Below are positions 38,669-52,270 of a DNA stretch of 64,000 nucleotides, piece after piece. The notes below the pieces were generated by a model. That model was not told the origin of the DNA. It was given only the letters and a program-made list of their open reading frames with translations, and did no database searches. A program made the position numbers and the translations under genes. The first letter of the stretch is position 1; each line of letters starts with the position of its first letter. Source of the stretch: Octopus vulgaris (Eukaryota); contig OX597821.1 of the NCBI GenBank assembly GCA_951406725.2, positions 39,308,001-39,372,000 on the forward strand, in the 5' to 3' direction.

Positions 38669-38858
38669 AAGGTTGCGAGCTGGCAGAAACATTAGCACGC
38701 CGGGCGAAATGCTTAGCAGTATTTTGTCTGTCTTTATGTTCTAAGTTCAAATTCCACTGAGGTCGACTTTGTCTTTCATCCAGTTGCATACTGGGGTTGA
38801 TTTAATTGATTGGCCCCCTCCCCAAAATTTTGAACCTTGTGGCTAGAGTAGATAAGAA
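38669..38858 (+). mobile_element. SINE family A variant
   Basis: Head match; 12-bp TSD TATTCTTCATTC. Confidence 0.8.
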
Positions 38859-39716
38859 TATTCTTCATTCCTATCATCCATGAACAGAATTGGATTTATG
38901 CCTAAAAATACAACAATTTAATTTCCTTTTTCTTTTTAAGCTGGCTGAGAATCCTTATATCCGAGCATGAAATTTTCTTTGGAAACACAATTTCGTTGTT
39001 TAGGAAAGCTTACCACTCCATGAGTTTCATTTATGCTAATGAATTGTAATTTATGGTAATTCAAGGTGAACTGTGCAAAATTGGGGTAATTCTTTGCAAT
39101 ATATTCCGTTAAAAACACTTAAATACTTTTCAAATTAAAACAAATTAAATAAAACAAAATAAGTATGATATAAATTAATTTTGGTAAAGCAATTATTTTG
39201 TCATGTTCAGTTATACTTAAAAATAATTTTGAAAGTACTATATTTTCAATGAATGAGACATGAATAAAATTTGCAATTCATCCGATTTCAATTTTAAATT
39301 TTGATGCTCCGAAATATTCTGAACTTGAAGAATTTTGCATAAAATTTTCTGAAATTCCTACAATTTAGAAATTATACATGTGTATGCTTGTGTATGCACA
39401 CATAAATACATGTGTGTGTGTGTGTATTTATATATATATATATGCACACATATGTAAATATATGTATACACACACACACACTCACATATATGTATTTATA
39501 ATATGTTGTATCTTCCAGTTTTACAATAGGTACACAATACGCATGCATGTCATAAGAAGTAACAAAAAGGGCTGATTTCAAGAGACAAATCTAGCCTCTA
39601 AGCCCCAACCACTAATCCTATTTAAATTCAAAGTGACTAAAAAACAATCAATGACAATAGTGACAATCTCTTTTTCTCTCTTCACAAAGATTTATGTGCA
39701 TAAACGTGTACATGTG

Positions 39717-39802
<86 letters not shown>

Positions 39803-39804
<2 letters not shown>

Positions 39805-39965
39805 GAGGCGCAATGGCCCAGTGGTTAGGGCATCGGACTCGCGGTCATGGGATCACAGTTTCGATTCCCAGACCGGGCGTTGTGAGTGTTTATTGAGAGA
39901 AAACACCTAAAGCTGCACGAGGCTTCCACAGGGGGGGGGCGATCCCTGCTGTACTCTTTCACCTA
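39803..39965 (+). mobile_element. SINE family C, 3'-truncated
   Basis: ggaggcgcaatggcccagtggttagggc...ttcgattcccagacc. Confidence 0.82.
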
Positions 39966-40680
39966 CACTGACATTGCATGTCCAGCAAAGCATACTGGTT
40001 TCATTTTTTTCAGCCTACACATGTACACATGTCCTCAGCAATTACAGTCCATATTTCACTGCTAACTACCATAGCTATTTGCACAGAAGCATCATACAGC
40101 CTGCATTTTACTCTGAGAGAGAGGCCCAACAGAGGCAGGAGCTCTCTGAACTTTGCCCAGCCTAAACTTATTCTCAAGGCTACACACTTGGAGCATCCAC
40201 CTCTGCTACTGTCTTGGTCACCTAGATAAAGAAAGCTATCAACTACTTCTAGATATCTCCCTTGGTATTTGCTTCAGTTACATCTGCCATACACAAGAAC
40301 TATTTTCCCTGTTAATCTTCCTCTGATATTGCTTCACTTCTTATGTGTCCATAGCTTGCACTGGGTACATCTCATGGAGTTTATACCTATGCCTTTGCTA
40401 CTTATTAAGCCGGACCATCTACCTGAAAGCATTTGTGATTTGTCTGCTTTTCTACTTACTAAGGCTTTGCTTTTTGCTAAGTTAACTCTAAGGCATTTCC
40501 ATTCTAGACCTTGCTTCCATGCCTGAAATTACTTCTCTAGTTCTGGCAGTAATTCACTATAAGAACAAGGTCTTCAGCATAGAGGAGCTCCCAAGGACAG
40601 CCTGTCTTAAATTCCTCTGTTATTGTCTGGAGGACTATGAGGGAGCTGAGGACTGATCTTTGGTGAACCTTACTTGTACC
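39966..40680 (-). mobile_element. Decayed RTE LINE fragment
   Basis: Reverse-complement similarity to 59500-59930 and 50370-50560 (e.g. tttctttatctaggtgaccaag, gcatggaagcaaggtctag). Confidence 0.75.
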
Positions 40681-40685
40681 CTTCA

Positions 40686-40732
<47 letters not shown>

Positions 40733-40851
40733 TAAATAAAAGTCGAACGAAGATGTTAGCAAAATTCCTTTACTCTCGACATATGTATCGGTTCATCAAA
40801 TTTTCCATGCTGACAGTAAACATAGGATAATTCATTCACCTATCGAAATAT

Positions 40852-41135
40852 CATCAGATGTTGTTACACATCGCTGGTCACAATGCTTTCACATTGTTTT
40901 AGCCTTTGAATGACGCCACCCTGCTGGCTAAGCGAGCAGGCCAACAGAAGAAAGAGTGGGAGAAAGAGTGGTGAAAGAGTAGAGCAGGGATCACCCCCCC
41001 CCCCCCGCTTGCTGGAGCTTCGTGGAGCTTTTTAGGTGTTTTCGCTCAATAAACACTCAATGCCTGGCCTGGGAATCGAAACCTCGATCCTACGACCGCA
41101 AGTCCACTGCCCTAACCACTGGGCCATTGCGCCTC
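40852..41135 (-). mobile_element. SINE family C (tRNA-derived head ggaggcgcaatggcccagtggttagggc)
   Basis: A and B boxes; 15-bp TSD CACCTATCGAAATAT at 40837-51 and 41136-50. Confidence 0.88.
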
Positions 41136-41146
41136 CACCTATCGAA

Positions 41147-41206
<60 letters not shown>

Positions 41207-43996
41207 ATAGATAGATATGAGATTTATAAGCCAAGAAGATGGAATGAACAGGCTTTAATCACAAATCACAACAATTGTTTCTGTACAATGGTAACAACTG
41301 TTAATTGCTGAGTTTTCCATATTCTACTCATCATTATACAGATATTATATAAATTTTATATAAATATGATCCAGCAGTAGGTGTGTACTTGCACATCAGC
41401 AGGTGAGTAGCTTTGAGAGCACACACACACACACATGCGTATGTGTGTGTGTTTCTGTTTATATGTGTGTACAAAAGATTTAACACAGAGAAATCTTGGT
41501 CAGAATACGGAGTAGATGTATCATACTCAAGTATCAAAAGTATGTATCTGCACTTGCAAACCCCTGGAAACAAAGACATTGAAGATGGCATCTGCAACAA
41601 CATCTAAAGACACTTGCAGTCTTTCATAGTTTGTGGCTGAGAATTTCTGCCTGCTTAGTGAATACTTTTAAGGGCAGTTGCTAATTCTGTTAGCAGACTG
41701 ATGGTGTTGTGTTTTACACCTGGTTGGTGAAAAGTAATTATTTTATTGATAGGATTGCAGTTTTAGAAGTGGAAGTTATGTTACTGATGTCTGCCAGTGG
41801 GGAAAACATCTTTATGATGCTGAATCATGATAGAAGCAGAGATGCGATAAATGAGACATATTGCTTACAGTGCACAGTTTAAATTTCAAGTGATAGAATT
41901 TATTGAAAAAGAGGAACAATTATGTAGCTTTAGAAATTTGAGGTTGTTAAGAGTAGTTTTAAAGTAAAGGAGAAAGATGACTACACAGTCAGTGAGAATG
42001 TCAATCAGTAATCGATGTCTGTTGGGGAAGCTGTCACAGTTTGCAAAATTGGGGAAGGGAAGTAAGTGAAGGAGGGAAAGACAAGAGAAAGCTGGATGTA
42101 TTGTAATAACACTAAATGTAAGAGTCAAAACTACTGAAAAGGTTGCAAGACGGAACGAAAATTTTAGGAAAATAAAAATAAGAAAAAAGTGGAAATTTTA
42201 CCGGTGAGTGTGTTACAATATAAGGCACAAAAAGAAAATTACTCACCCCAGACACAACAGAATATGCTTCAACACACGAACTCATATAAAGAATCTTGCA
42301 AACCAAATTCAAAAACGAAACTAAATGTAAAATTATGAGGAAAGGAAAACTAAATCAAGACGGATTCGTGGTTGTTATTTCAAGGATTAGCTGTTGAATA
42401 TGATTCTGTTTCTGAGTGATAAACTCAGTTTATGAACAATGACCTGAACTTTTGCTCTCTCACTTATAAGTAAAAGTGAAGGAGCAAAGCTAGAATTTAT
42501 TCTAGTTGTAGCATTTTTGCTTTATGCTGTTGGTTTCATCAAATATATAAATAACAATGGCTGTAGTCATAGCATAATCTAAGGAGACATAACTGATTTT
42601 CAGCTACAAAACGAGGTGACCACATTCTAGCTGAGTCTGCATAGCATTTGAGTAAACATGGTTGTTAAAATTTCCCCTGGGTTAACATTAATACAATACC
42701 AAACATATTCTGGTTAATACAATCAACTATGTTCACTTGTCTACAAAATTGGTTTTCTACTAAGTCAAAAGAAATCATTATTAATGTGAAAACATTGAAT
42801 ACAATGTAAAAACATAAATGATGAGTGCAATGTCACAGCCAATTAAGGAAATGAATAGCATTTTTAACTAGCAACCTGTCTATGGTTTGAGTCTTCTTGC
42901 AAGTATTTTGTTATGTATGAATGGAAGAATTTATTCCAGATGCTTTGCTTCACCTGGATGTTGGAAATAGATGTTAGCTTCCCAAAATCCATGCTTTCAG
43001 GTTCTGTCTTAATGTGCAGCTCTTTTGCTAAGTATCTTCTTTGTACTATGGGCCAACAAATCTCTTATAAATTTGGTAGATGGAAAGTGTGTGGAAGCCC
43101 ATCTTATAAAGTGTGTATTTCCATCCCATCACTGCTTCACAACTGGTGTAAGTTTGTTTACATCCCAGTAACTTAATGATTCAGGAAAAAGAAACCAATA
43201 ATATAAATACCAGATTTAAAATGAGTACTGGAATCAATTTGTTCACCTAAACCCTTCAAAGCAGTGCCCCAGCATGGCCAATGTTCAATGATTGAAAAGA
43301 GTTAAAGAATTGAAGAAAATTAAAGAATTTCATAATTTCCAAATGAAAACTTATCCCTGATTGTTTTTATGTGATGATGAAATCAGAGTTAAGTCCCAGC
43401 AGGTTAGGTTGGAGTCCCTTAAATTCCTCAAGGCTTTCATCTTTCTCTGTGTATATGTTGTATGGTGTTGGGCCTTCTGTGTTCAACCAAATTTATAGAA
43501 TTGTACAATATTAAAGAACTGACATCAACAGGAACTATGATACTTCCTTCATGTCTACAATGTTCTGTGGTATTTTAATCTAAATGACTCTCTCTATGTA
43601 ATACATTCATATTTACACACTTTGGTGACCCTTAAATCTGACACTAGCCAGGTTTTATTCATATTTGCATTTTTTAGTGGTTCCTGAAGTAAATATTTCT
43701 GGCTAGTTAACATATTCACACTAACACCATTTTAGTGGTACTTCTTTGCCTATTAATACTTCAGATTTCTTTCACTCTTTGTTTGGCATCTTGGTGTATT
43801 CCTTTCAATGGATATGGGAAATTCCATTTAGCATTATACAAAGTAAAATAAATCTTCTTTATTGCAATGAGAATCAGCCAACTTCATTTAGCTTTTAGCT
43901 TCAAGAGTTAAGATGCTAAATACAAATAGTAAAATATATAACAAATAAAACTAATAAACAAGAACAAAAATAAGTGATAGTATGTAAGAATATATA

Positions 43997-44395
43997 TCGT
44001 TGCCAGAGCAATAAGCTGGCCTTCGTGCCGATGGTACATTAAACACACCATTCGAGCATGATCGTTACCGCATCGCCTTACTAGCACTTGTGTTGGTGGC
44101 ATGTGAAACATTCGAGTGCCACTGGACTCGCTCCTGTGCAGGTGGCACATAAAAAGCACCATTTGGGCATGGCCATTGCCAGTACTACCAAACTGGCCCT
44201 CGTGCCGGTGACATGTAAAAGCACCCACTACACTCTTGGAGTGGTTGGCATTAGGAAGGGCATCCAGCTGTAGAAACTCTGCCAGATCAAGATTGGAGCC
44301 TGGTGCAGCCGTCTGGTTCGCCAGCCCTCAGTCAAATCGTCCAACCCATGCTAGTATGGAAAGCGGACATTAAATGAAATGATGATGATGATGAT
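43997..44395 (+). mobile_element. RTE 3'-end repeat (family D)
   Basis: Matches 60420-60800 and ends in (GAT)n. Shorter copies near 1613, 5150, 20015, 27484, 29337, 33290 and 52360. Confidence 0.85.
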
Positions 44396-45601
44396 AGGAA
44401 GAGAACTAGAGTGTGTCTGTTTCGGTTGTGATGTTGCTTGATTTTATATTGTGTTGTTGTTGTTGTAAATGCCAAACATTCTAATCTTGTTTCTGTCATT
44501 CTCGTCAATGTCCACCCCTATCAACCAATTCTGTTAGTCTTCTCTCCTTCAATAACATAAAATATCTCTCCACTCCCACTTACCATATATTCCACAATAT
44601 GTCTTATAACCAGACAATTGCCATATATGTTACAGATTTACCTAATGGTTCTCTAAAATACTGACCCCTAACTGCAGAGAAAATGAAATCTATAAATTAG
44701 ATTCTGTATATATTTCAGTTTCATCTACTTTAGTTAATTAGTTACATTATTTATTAATCCATGTATTCATCGTTTCTATACACTGAAGCCAAATTTTGAT
44801 TTCTAAAGGTTTTTCTCATATCATAGTTATTAATTAACTTATTGGCCTTCATATTTTCTTTTGCAGATTTTGGTTCCTTGCCATATTTCCCACTCAATTC
44901 TCAGTAAGTCACTTAATATTAACAAGAATATATTAAATACGAGAAAAAGAAATGTACTTTAAATTGTTTATTCTGTAAGTTGTTCAAGTTCAATACTTTT
45001 GCTTGCAATAGAAATGAAATATATGTCTAAATTATTTTTTCTTCTTATGCTTATTGTTATTTTCTTACCCACCCTTTTGACAGGCAGAATCTAGAGAATG
45101 GTGCATTTTTATGATTATGATAAGAACACTTCCAGAACCAAGATTTTATCTTCATACTGTTGACATACAGAATTGCTTTACAATTTTTCAATTGGAAGTG
45201 TATAAGTTTCATCTGATTAATATCCCACATTTATAGGCAAAGTTCAATAAGCATAAAGTGTAACCATTCCAAACCGAAATCTAACAAGTTGGATAACATT
45301 GAAGAATTATGGCAATGGTTGATAGATCAATCCACAAGTATCCATTTTCCTAAACGATCGTAAATTGATTGGAAATGAATGAACTCAGTATTAAACGGGC
45401 AACACTTACAATGGAATAAATTCAAATTATTTTATATCTCACTCTTCAGCCTCTCAAATATATTTAGCACCAGAATCAAAAAAGATGTTTACTATGTCTT
45501 CTTCCATATTTTTTCTTCTTTGTACTAGAATTCTTCTGACATATCAATATTCACAAGATAAACATATATTTGATCTAAATCCATCTGCTGCTAGAGGGGA
45601 A

Positions 45602-45827
45602 AATAATAATAATAATGATAATAATAATAATAATGATAATAATAATAATAATGATAATAATGATAATAATGATAATAATAATAATAATGATAATAATAAT
45701 AATGATAATAATAATGATAATAATAATAATAATAATAGTAATAATAATAATAATGATGATGATAATAATGATAATAATAATAATAATAATAGTAATAATA
45801 ATAATGATGATAATAATAATAATGATG

Positions 45828-45863
<36 letters not shown>

Positions 45864-46040
45864 GTAATAATAATGATGATGATGATGATGATAATAATAA
45901 TAATAATAGTAATAATAATAATGATGATGATAATAATAATAATAATAGTAATAATAATAATGATGATGATAATAATAATAGTAATAATAATAATGATGAT
46001 GATAATAATAATACTGATAATGATGATGACGACGACGATG
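45602..46040. repeat. Compound (AAT)n/(GAT)n microsatellite
   Basis: Visible directly; source of the poly-N and poly-I ORFs. Confidence 0.97.
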
Positions 46041-46678
46041 ACAGGAAAGATTTCTATAACAAATTCACACTAAGAACTTGTCAACAATTTAGTTGTGTCT
46101 TAACTCTTCCTCCTATATTCCACTCCACCCATTAACTCAGAAATTCTATATATTTTTGCTATTCATTAACCTGCAACATTTTGCCATGTATTATTCTCTG
46201 CTCTGTTGTTTAAAATATTTTTTGTAAATCTCCATTTCCCAGAAGGATTATTTAGCCACTGTATACCATGGAGTATAAACCACATCTTGTAGACTCAGTC
46301 ATATATATCTGTGAGCTTTCTTGGACGTTTACTAAGCAAGTTGTTGTTGTTTGGTTTCAGATCAACTACGACTGAACAGACCTTTGAGCAAAGATATTCC
46401 AGCCATGACCATCCAGTTGTAGTTTTTGGTATCTATGACTGAACTATCTCATGTGTCTCTTCCCCTTTCTGAAGACAGTGGAATGTGATTTGGAATAAAC
46501 ATTGACTGCTATTTCTAACAAGTTGAGTGACTACATAAAGGTTTTCTAGCTACAGTTTCCAAAATTAAAGGCTACTTGACTGAATAGTAAGAAATCCTTT
46601 ACAAATACACCCCAACCCCTAACCCTTGTCTCAGAGTTAGAAATTGAAGTGTATTGGCAAAACTACATATAATTAACA

Positions 46679-47080
46679 TAGGAGTGGCTGTGTGGTAAGT
46701 AGCTTGCTTACCAACCACATGGTTCCAGGTTCAGTCCCACTGTGTTGCACTTTGGGCAAGTGTCTTCTACTATAGTCACGGGCCAACCAAAGCCTTGTGA
46801 GTGGATTTGGTAGACGGAAACTGAAAGAAGCCCATCGTATTTATTTATGTATGTGTGTGTATATGTTTGTGCATCCGTGTTTGTCCCCCCCAACATCACT
46901 TGACAACCGATGCTGGTGTGTTTACGTCCCTGTAACTTAGCAGTTCGGCAAAAGAGACCGATAGAATAAGCACTAGGCTTACAAAGAACAAGTCCTGGGG
47001 TCGATTTGTTCGACTAAAGGCAGTGCTCCAGCATGGCCACAGTGAAATGACTGAAACAAGTAAAAGAGTAAAAAAGAGTA
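46679..47080 (+). mobile_element. SINE family B (tRNA head, CORE-like ttgggcaagtgtctt, internal (TA)/(TG), tail ...atgactgaaacaagtaaaaga)
   Basis: A-box tggctgtgtggt and B-box ggttcagtccc. Other copies near 8340, 12440, 15710, 21290, 42960, 51810, 60880 and 63232. Confidence 0.85.
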
Positions 47081-48161
47081 AATATCGAGATGATGAAGAA
47101 GATAATGATGATGGTGGTGGTGGTGGTGGTGGAGATAATGATGATGATGACAACAATGACGACAGTGGTGATGTTGATGATGAGGGTGATGATGCTAGAA
47201 CAAATACAGTAATGTTAATTATGAATATGCTTCTCTGAAGAGGTTTAATAAGATCAAAACTTGTCTCTTACTTTCACCAATGAGTTTTAAAGACTAAATC
47301 CCTAAATCCGCTCTAATCTGTATTGACTGAAAATTTTGATTAATTGATTTTATAACAATTATTTACCTTGATTTAAAAAAAAAAATTTAAAACACTCCAA
47401 GATACTCTTGTCTAATAACGGCTTGGACAATCTGAATTGATCAAGAATTTTCAATACACTATGTTACAAATATTACATATCACATATTAGATCTGAGAAA
47501 CGCTACTTTATTTCCATTTAGTTAAGCTGAATGCTTGCCCCAGCTGCGTCCCCTCAGGCATATTGTTGCTATATATAGCAAACGTGCGTGCAGTTTCACT
47601 TCTTTTCTCCACGGATAAGCAGACATACAAAACATTAATTAATACCTGGTTCTATTTTAATTAAATATTTATGCTTAATATCTGCTTGTATAGTAGATAA
47701 TATGAATACTTAATTACTTGTATAGATTTTGTTGTTCCGTAGCATATCTGAATGTATAACAGCATCTTTTATTTGCCGAGTTCCATGAGTAACTTGACTG
47801 TTGAAACATGGAGCACTCTCTCTCTCTCTCGTAGCAAAATCGCTTTACAATCATTTTTAAATAAGAAAAGATATAAAGATGTATGAAATACAGTTATATA
47901 TATGTGTATGTGTGTGTACAACATACACATGCATACATATGTAAATACATCCATCCATCCATCCATACATACATACATACATACACGCAAACATGCACAC
48001 ACATGTATGGGTTCACAGTACATATACAGGCAAGCACACACACACCTACGTTTTGTGTTGTACATTTTGAGTCATATCTATTCATACATCTATCTGTCTG
48101 TCTGTTTGTCCATCCGGCTGTTTGTTTATCTGTTTGTCAGTATCTCTCTCTCTCTCTCCCT

Positions 48162-48295
<134 letters not shown>

Positions 48296-48362
48296 TTACC
48301 TACCAACTTACCTACCTATCTATCTATTTACTTGTCTGTCTGTCTATATGTATGTATGCAAG

Positions 48363-48404
<42 letters not shown>

Positions 48405-49339
48405 TGCATGCATGTGTGTGTATGTATGTATTGTATGTATGTATGTATGTATGTATGTGTGCATGCATGTATGTGTGTATGTATCTCCTCATCTTATCTT
48501 AGTGATTTTTCTTCCAGAGAAATACCTCCTCTCCTCTCCTTGTCTCCTTGTTGGCGTTGTTGTTTAAAATGTTAATTTTTCTCAAGAACAGTCTTTTAGA
48601 ATTTAGCTTCTGGCATTTTTTAATTAACATAACACTAATGATGAAACAAATGCATCCGACTGAATAAGTTTGTCTATTTCTCCAGGTGGAGTTTTGTTGA
48701 TTTCTATCTTAACTGCAATACAAAGCAGCACACCAGCCTATTGTTTTGTTCCCAGAGCTTAATCCTAGCCAAAATGCTAGCAATGGTTGGGATTCTGATA
48801 ATGGTACTCAAGAACAATAAGGCAGAGTTAGGTTCACTGTCAGATTAATTGTAGGACACACTGACATTGCTGTCATTTGCCCTGTCAAAAGAGATCCACT
48901 GGCTTTGCACCTTTCATTAGACACCTCTTGCTTTAAGAACAGGTAAGTGCTAATGTTTGTGTGTGTGTATATATGTCTTGTGTGCCTGTGTCTGTGTTAC
49001 ACTGATATTGTGTTACACTTACATATGAGTTACATGAATTACAATGTCTTACACTAAGATAACAACCCTTGTTATGTTAATATGTCCCATCACTTTGCAA
49101 TTCAACAAATAAGTTTCATTTAGAAGTAAGTAATGGAGTTGATTTAATCAATTAAAATCCCTGAAGATGGTCATAATCTAATGACTGAACTGTACATCAT
49201 GGAGCCACATTCATGGTTTTTGTACTGTTTGTCTTTCCACATGGAATCACATTAATAACATGGTTTTTGTAATGTTTGTCTTTCCATTAGAAGATATCAG
49301 AACAATTCTTTTTCCTTAATTGGTCTTTAATCTTCAGTC

Positions 49340-49858
49340 TTATCTCTACATGTTTAAAGTTTCTATTTCTACTTTTAATGTAGCCAACAAATGCATGATA
49401 TCTGTAATTTTAGGTTGCAAAACCGTTTTTTTTTTAAAATTATTGAAAAGGTTTTCCTTCTTTGCTTTCAAGGGCTTTGATCCTCTTTGTAATTTTATAC
49501 TGTGCTCTGTATTACAACCATTCTTCTCAATACAATCAGTTTCTAGGTTTCTTACCATTTCTAGCCCATTTCTTACAATTTCTACAGGAGTCAGTGAGTA
49601 TGCTTCATCAACATCACCGCCAATGCCACACATTCACCATTTAGTAATAAGGTGATGATATCAATAAAATCTTTTTCCAACTCCTGTTCCTCAAACAGTT
49701 TATAAATTTCTTTGTCAACAAAACTAATCAATCCTGCTGAATGAGCAATATTAATTATTTCTGAGTCCAGATTTTTTTTGCTTTGGTTCCAGTATCACAC
49801 CCATTCAGCTCTAATCTAGACAAAATAACCTTCCAATACACATTTAACTTCATTAAAT
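49340..49858 (-). mobile_element. Decayed pogo/Tigger-like transposase C-terminus
   Basis: LNVYWKVIL, EIINIAHSAG..., acidic tract, ending KKKTVLQPKITD, typical of Tigger/TIGD C-termini. Confidence 0.55.
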
Positions 49859-49859
49859 G

Positions 49860-50026
49860 ACTTTCATTACCTGGTCCAGCAATTTGATACACCTGTAATT
49901 ACTTTGGTCTCAGATAAATTTAATATTTTTCATTGGGGGGAGACAAATGTAGTAGAAAAATATTAAATTTATCTGAGACCAAAGTAATTACAGGTGTATC
50001 AAATTGCTGGACCAGGTCATGAAAGT
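49860..50026. repeat. Inverted repeat, 72-bp arms, 23-nt loop, at the RTE 5' junction
   Basis: 49860-49931 is the reverse complement of 49955-50026 with one mismatch. Confidence 0.92.
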
Positions 50027-51110
50027 TACAGAAAAGATTATTGGTTCACAGTTTGGGAAAAGAGTCAACCTAGATGAGATAAAGCTTGGTTTTGTGCTGG
50101 GGAGAAGCACCACTGATGCTATATTCCTGGTGAGGCAATTGCAGGAGAAGCATTTAGCCAAAAAATAAATTACTGTACTTGGCATTTGTCAACAAGGAGA
50201 CTTGACAGGGTCCCTTGCTCCCACATCTAGTGGTCAATGCAGAATCTAAGGATAGATGAGTGGCTAGTGAGAGCCATATACAGGGATGCTGTCAATAAAG
50301 TGAAAGTCAGCAATGCATATAGCAACAAGTTTAGTGCGCTAGTAGGATTTCACCAAGGATTGGTTCACAGCCCTCCCTTGTTTATCAAAATCTTCCAGGA
50401 CATAACAAAAGAATTTAAAACTGGTTGCCAATGGGACCTCCTCTATGATGCTGATATTGTTCTTATAGCTGAATCTCTGGTAAGAATTTGAGAAATTTCA
50501 TGTGTAGAAGCAAGGCCTCAAATCAAAGGACCTTAGAGTTAATTTACCAAAGTAAAAGTAAGCAGGAAAATTGAGAAATTACTAATCCCTTCTGGGAAAT
50601 GGCCCTGCCTGATATGTAGTGAAAGTTATGGACACGTAAGAGGTACAGTGGTATGACAGGAAGATTAACTGGGATTGTAGTCTTTTGTGTGTATCAGATG
50701 TGCAGGAACAATAAATAATATGAATACACCAAAAATAGCCTTCTTCAAACACCCAGGGGTATCCCTAGAGATAGTAGAGAGTTTCCATTTCCTAGGTGGC
50801 CAAATTAGTAATGGGGGCGGAAGCTCTGAAAGCATAGTTGTAAGAATCAGAACTATCCAGGCAAGGTTCAGAAACTGTTACCTTTCTGAATAGTAATGGA
50901 CCTTTCTCTCACTGTGAAAAGCAGATTTGTATGATGCTTGTGTACAAACAGCTACATGCAAGTGGATTGTGAGCTTTGATTGTGGAGGTCATGCAAAAGC
51001 TTGAAAGAAATGAAGCCAGCATGTTCCCCTGGATGTGCAATGTCTGTGTGGCAGTGCACAACAAAGGTTCAGTATTTTGAGCAAATAATTGGGTATAAAA
51101 GGCGTGTCCA
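49985..51110 (+). mobile_element. Decayed RTE LINE reverse-transcriptase fragment
   Basis: GIKLLDQVMKV, GFVLGRSTTDAIFLVRQLQEK, GFHQGLVHSPPLF and LLYDADIVLIAES (degenerate YADD). Confidence 0.88.
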
Positions 51111-51259
51111 TGTCATTGCACACATTCCATTCCCTGACAACCCCCGCCCACATACACATCCACTCTACCTACTCCTCCCCTTCCTCCACCTCTGATCACC
51201 ACTCACTGTATTCTCTTCCCCTTTATCTCACCTCCCTCTCTCTCTCTCATGAAACTACC

Positions 51260-51491
51260 TATTTCTTTACTACCCACAAGGGGCTAAATACAGAGAGGAT
51301 AAACAAGGACAGACAAACGGATTAAGTAAATTACATCGACCCCAGTGAGTGACTGGTACTTAATTTATCGACCCTGAAAGGATGAAAGGCAAAGTCGACT
51401 TTGACGGAATTTGAACTCAGAACGTAACGGCAGACGAAATACCGCTAAGCATTTCGTCCAGTGTGCTAACGTTTCTGCCAGCTTGCCGCCT
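51260..51491 (-). mobile_element. SINE family A
   Basis: Reverse complement of the 9465/35906 consensus. Confidence 0.85.
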
Positions 51492-51964
51492 GCACACAAT
51501 GTGTCCCTACTGAATCTCTTCCCCCACAACACACCCTCCCCACCCTCCCCCCACTCACTACACTCCCTTCTTCACCATCTCCCACTCTCCTTTCACAATC
51601 TTGTAAACTTACCCACCCACCCACTCACCCCATCCAATCCTCTCTTTCCATGCCCTTCCTCATAAAACATTCTTCTTTCTGTGCACAGCAGCATCGTCCA
51701 GTGTTTTTTTAGGCAAAATTTCAACACAGTTTGCCTTAAAATCCCTTTAATGGCTGGGTGTTCTGAACCAGAAGGATGTGATGGAGCGTTTGATTTTGTT
51801 AGGCTTGGGCATGGCTAAGCGGCTAAGAAGTTAGCTTCCAAGTTATATGGTTTCAGGTTCTGTCCCACTGTGTACCCCTTGGGCAAGCATCTTCTGCTAA
51901 AGCCCTAAGCTGACCAAAGACTTGAGAGTGGATTCAGTAGACAGAAATGCTAGAGAAGACTGTC

Positions 51965-52270
51965 ATGTGTGTGTGTGCGAGAGTGTGTGTGTATGTGTAT
52001 GTGTGTGTGTATGTATGTGTGTGAATGTATGTATGTGTGCATGTATGTATGTGTGCATGTATTTGTGTATGTATGTGTGTGCGAGAGTGTGTATGTGTGT
52101 ATGTATGTGTGTGAATGTATGTATGTGTGCATGTATTTGTGTATGTATGTGTTGGTATGTATGTATGTGTGTGTACGTGGGTATGTATGTGCATGTATGT
52201 GTGTATGTATGTGTATGTCTGTGTGTGTATGTGTGTGTGTATGTATGTATGTGTGTGCGCATGTGTGTCC
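51965..52270. repeat. Compound (TG)/(TATG) microsatellite
   Basis: Visible directly. Confidence 0.95.

Noticed and set aside
39803-39880. tRNA-like sequences (also 41060-41135 and 62041-62115)
   Set aside because: SINE heads continuing into the SINE body, without a proper acceptor stem or terminator.
45485-46135. 216-aa poly-Asn/Asp ORF with a hydrophobic N-terminus
   Set aside because: Translation of an (AAT)n/(GAT)n microsatellite; a second frame is equally open (poly-Ile).
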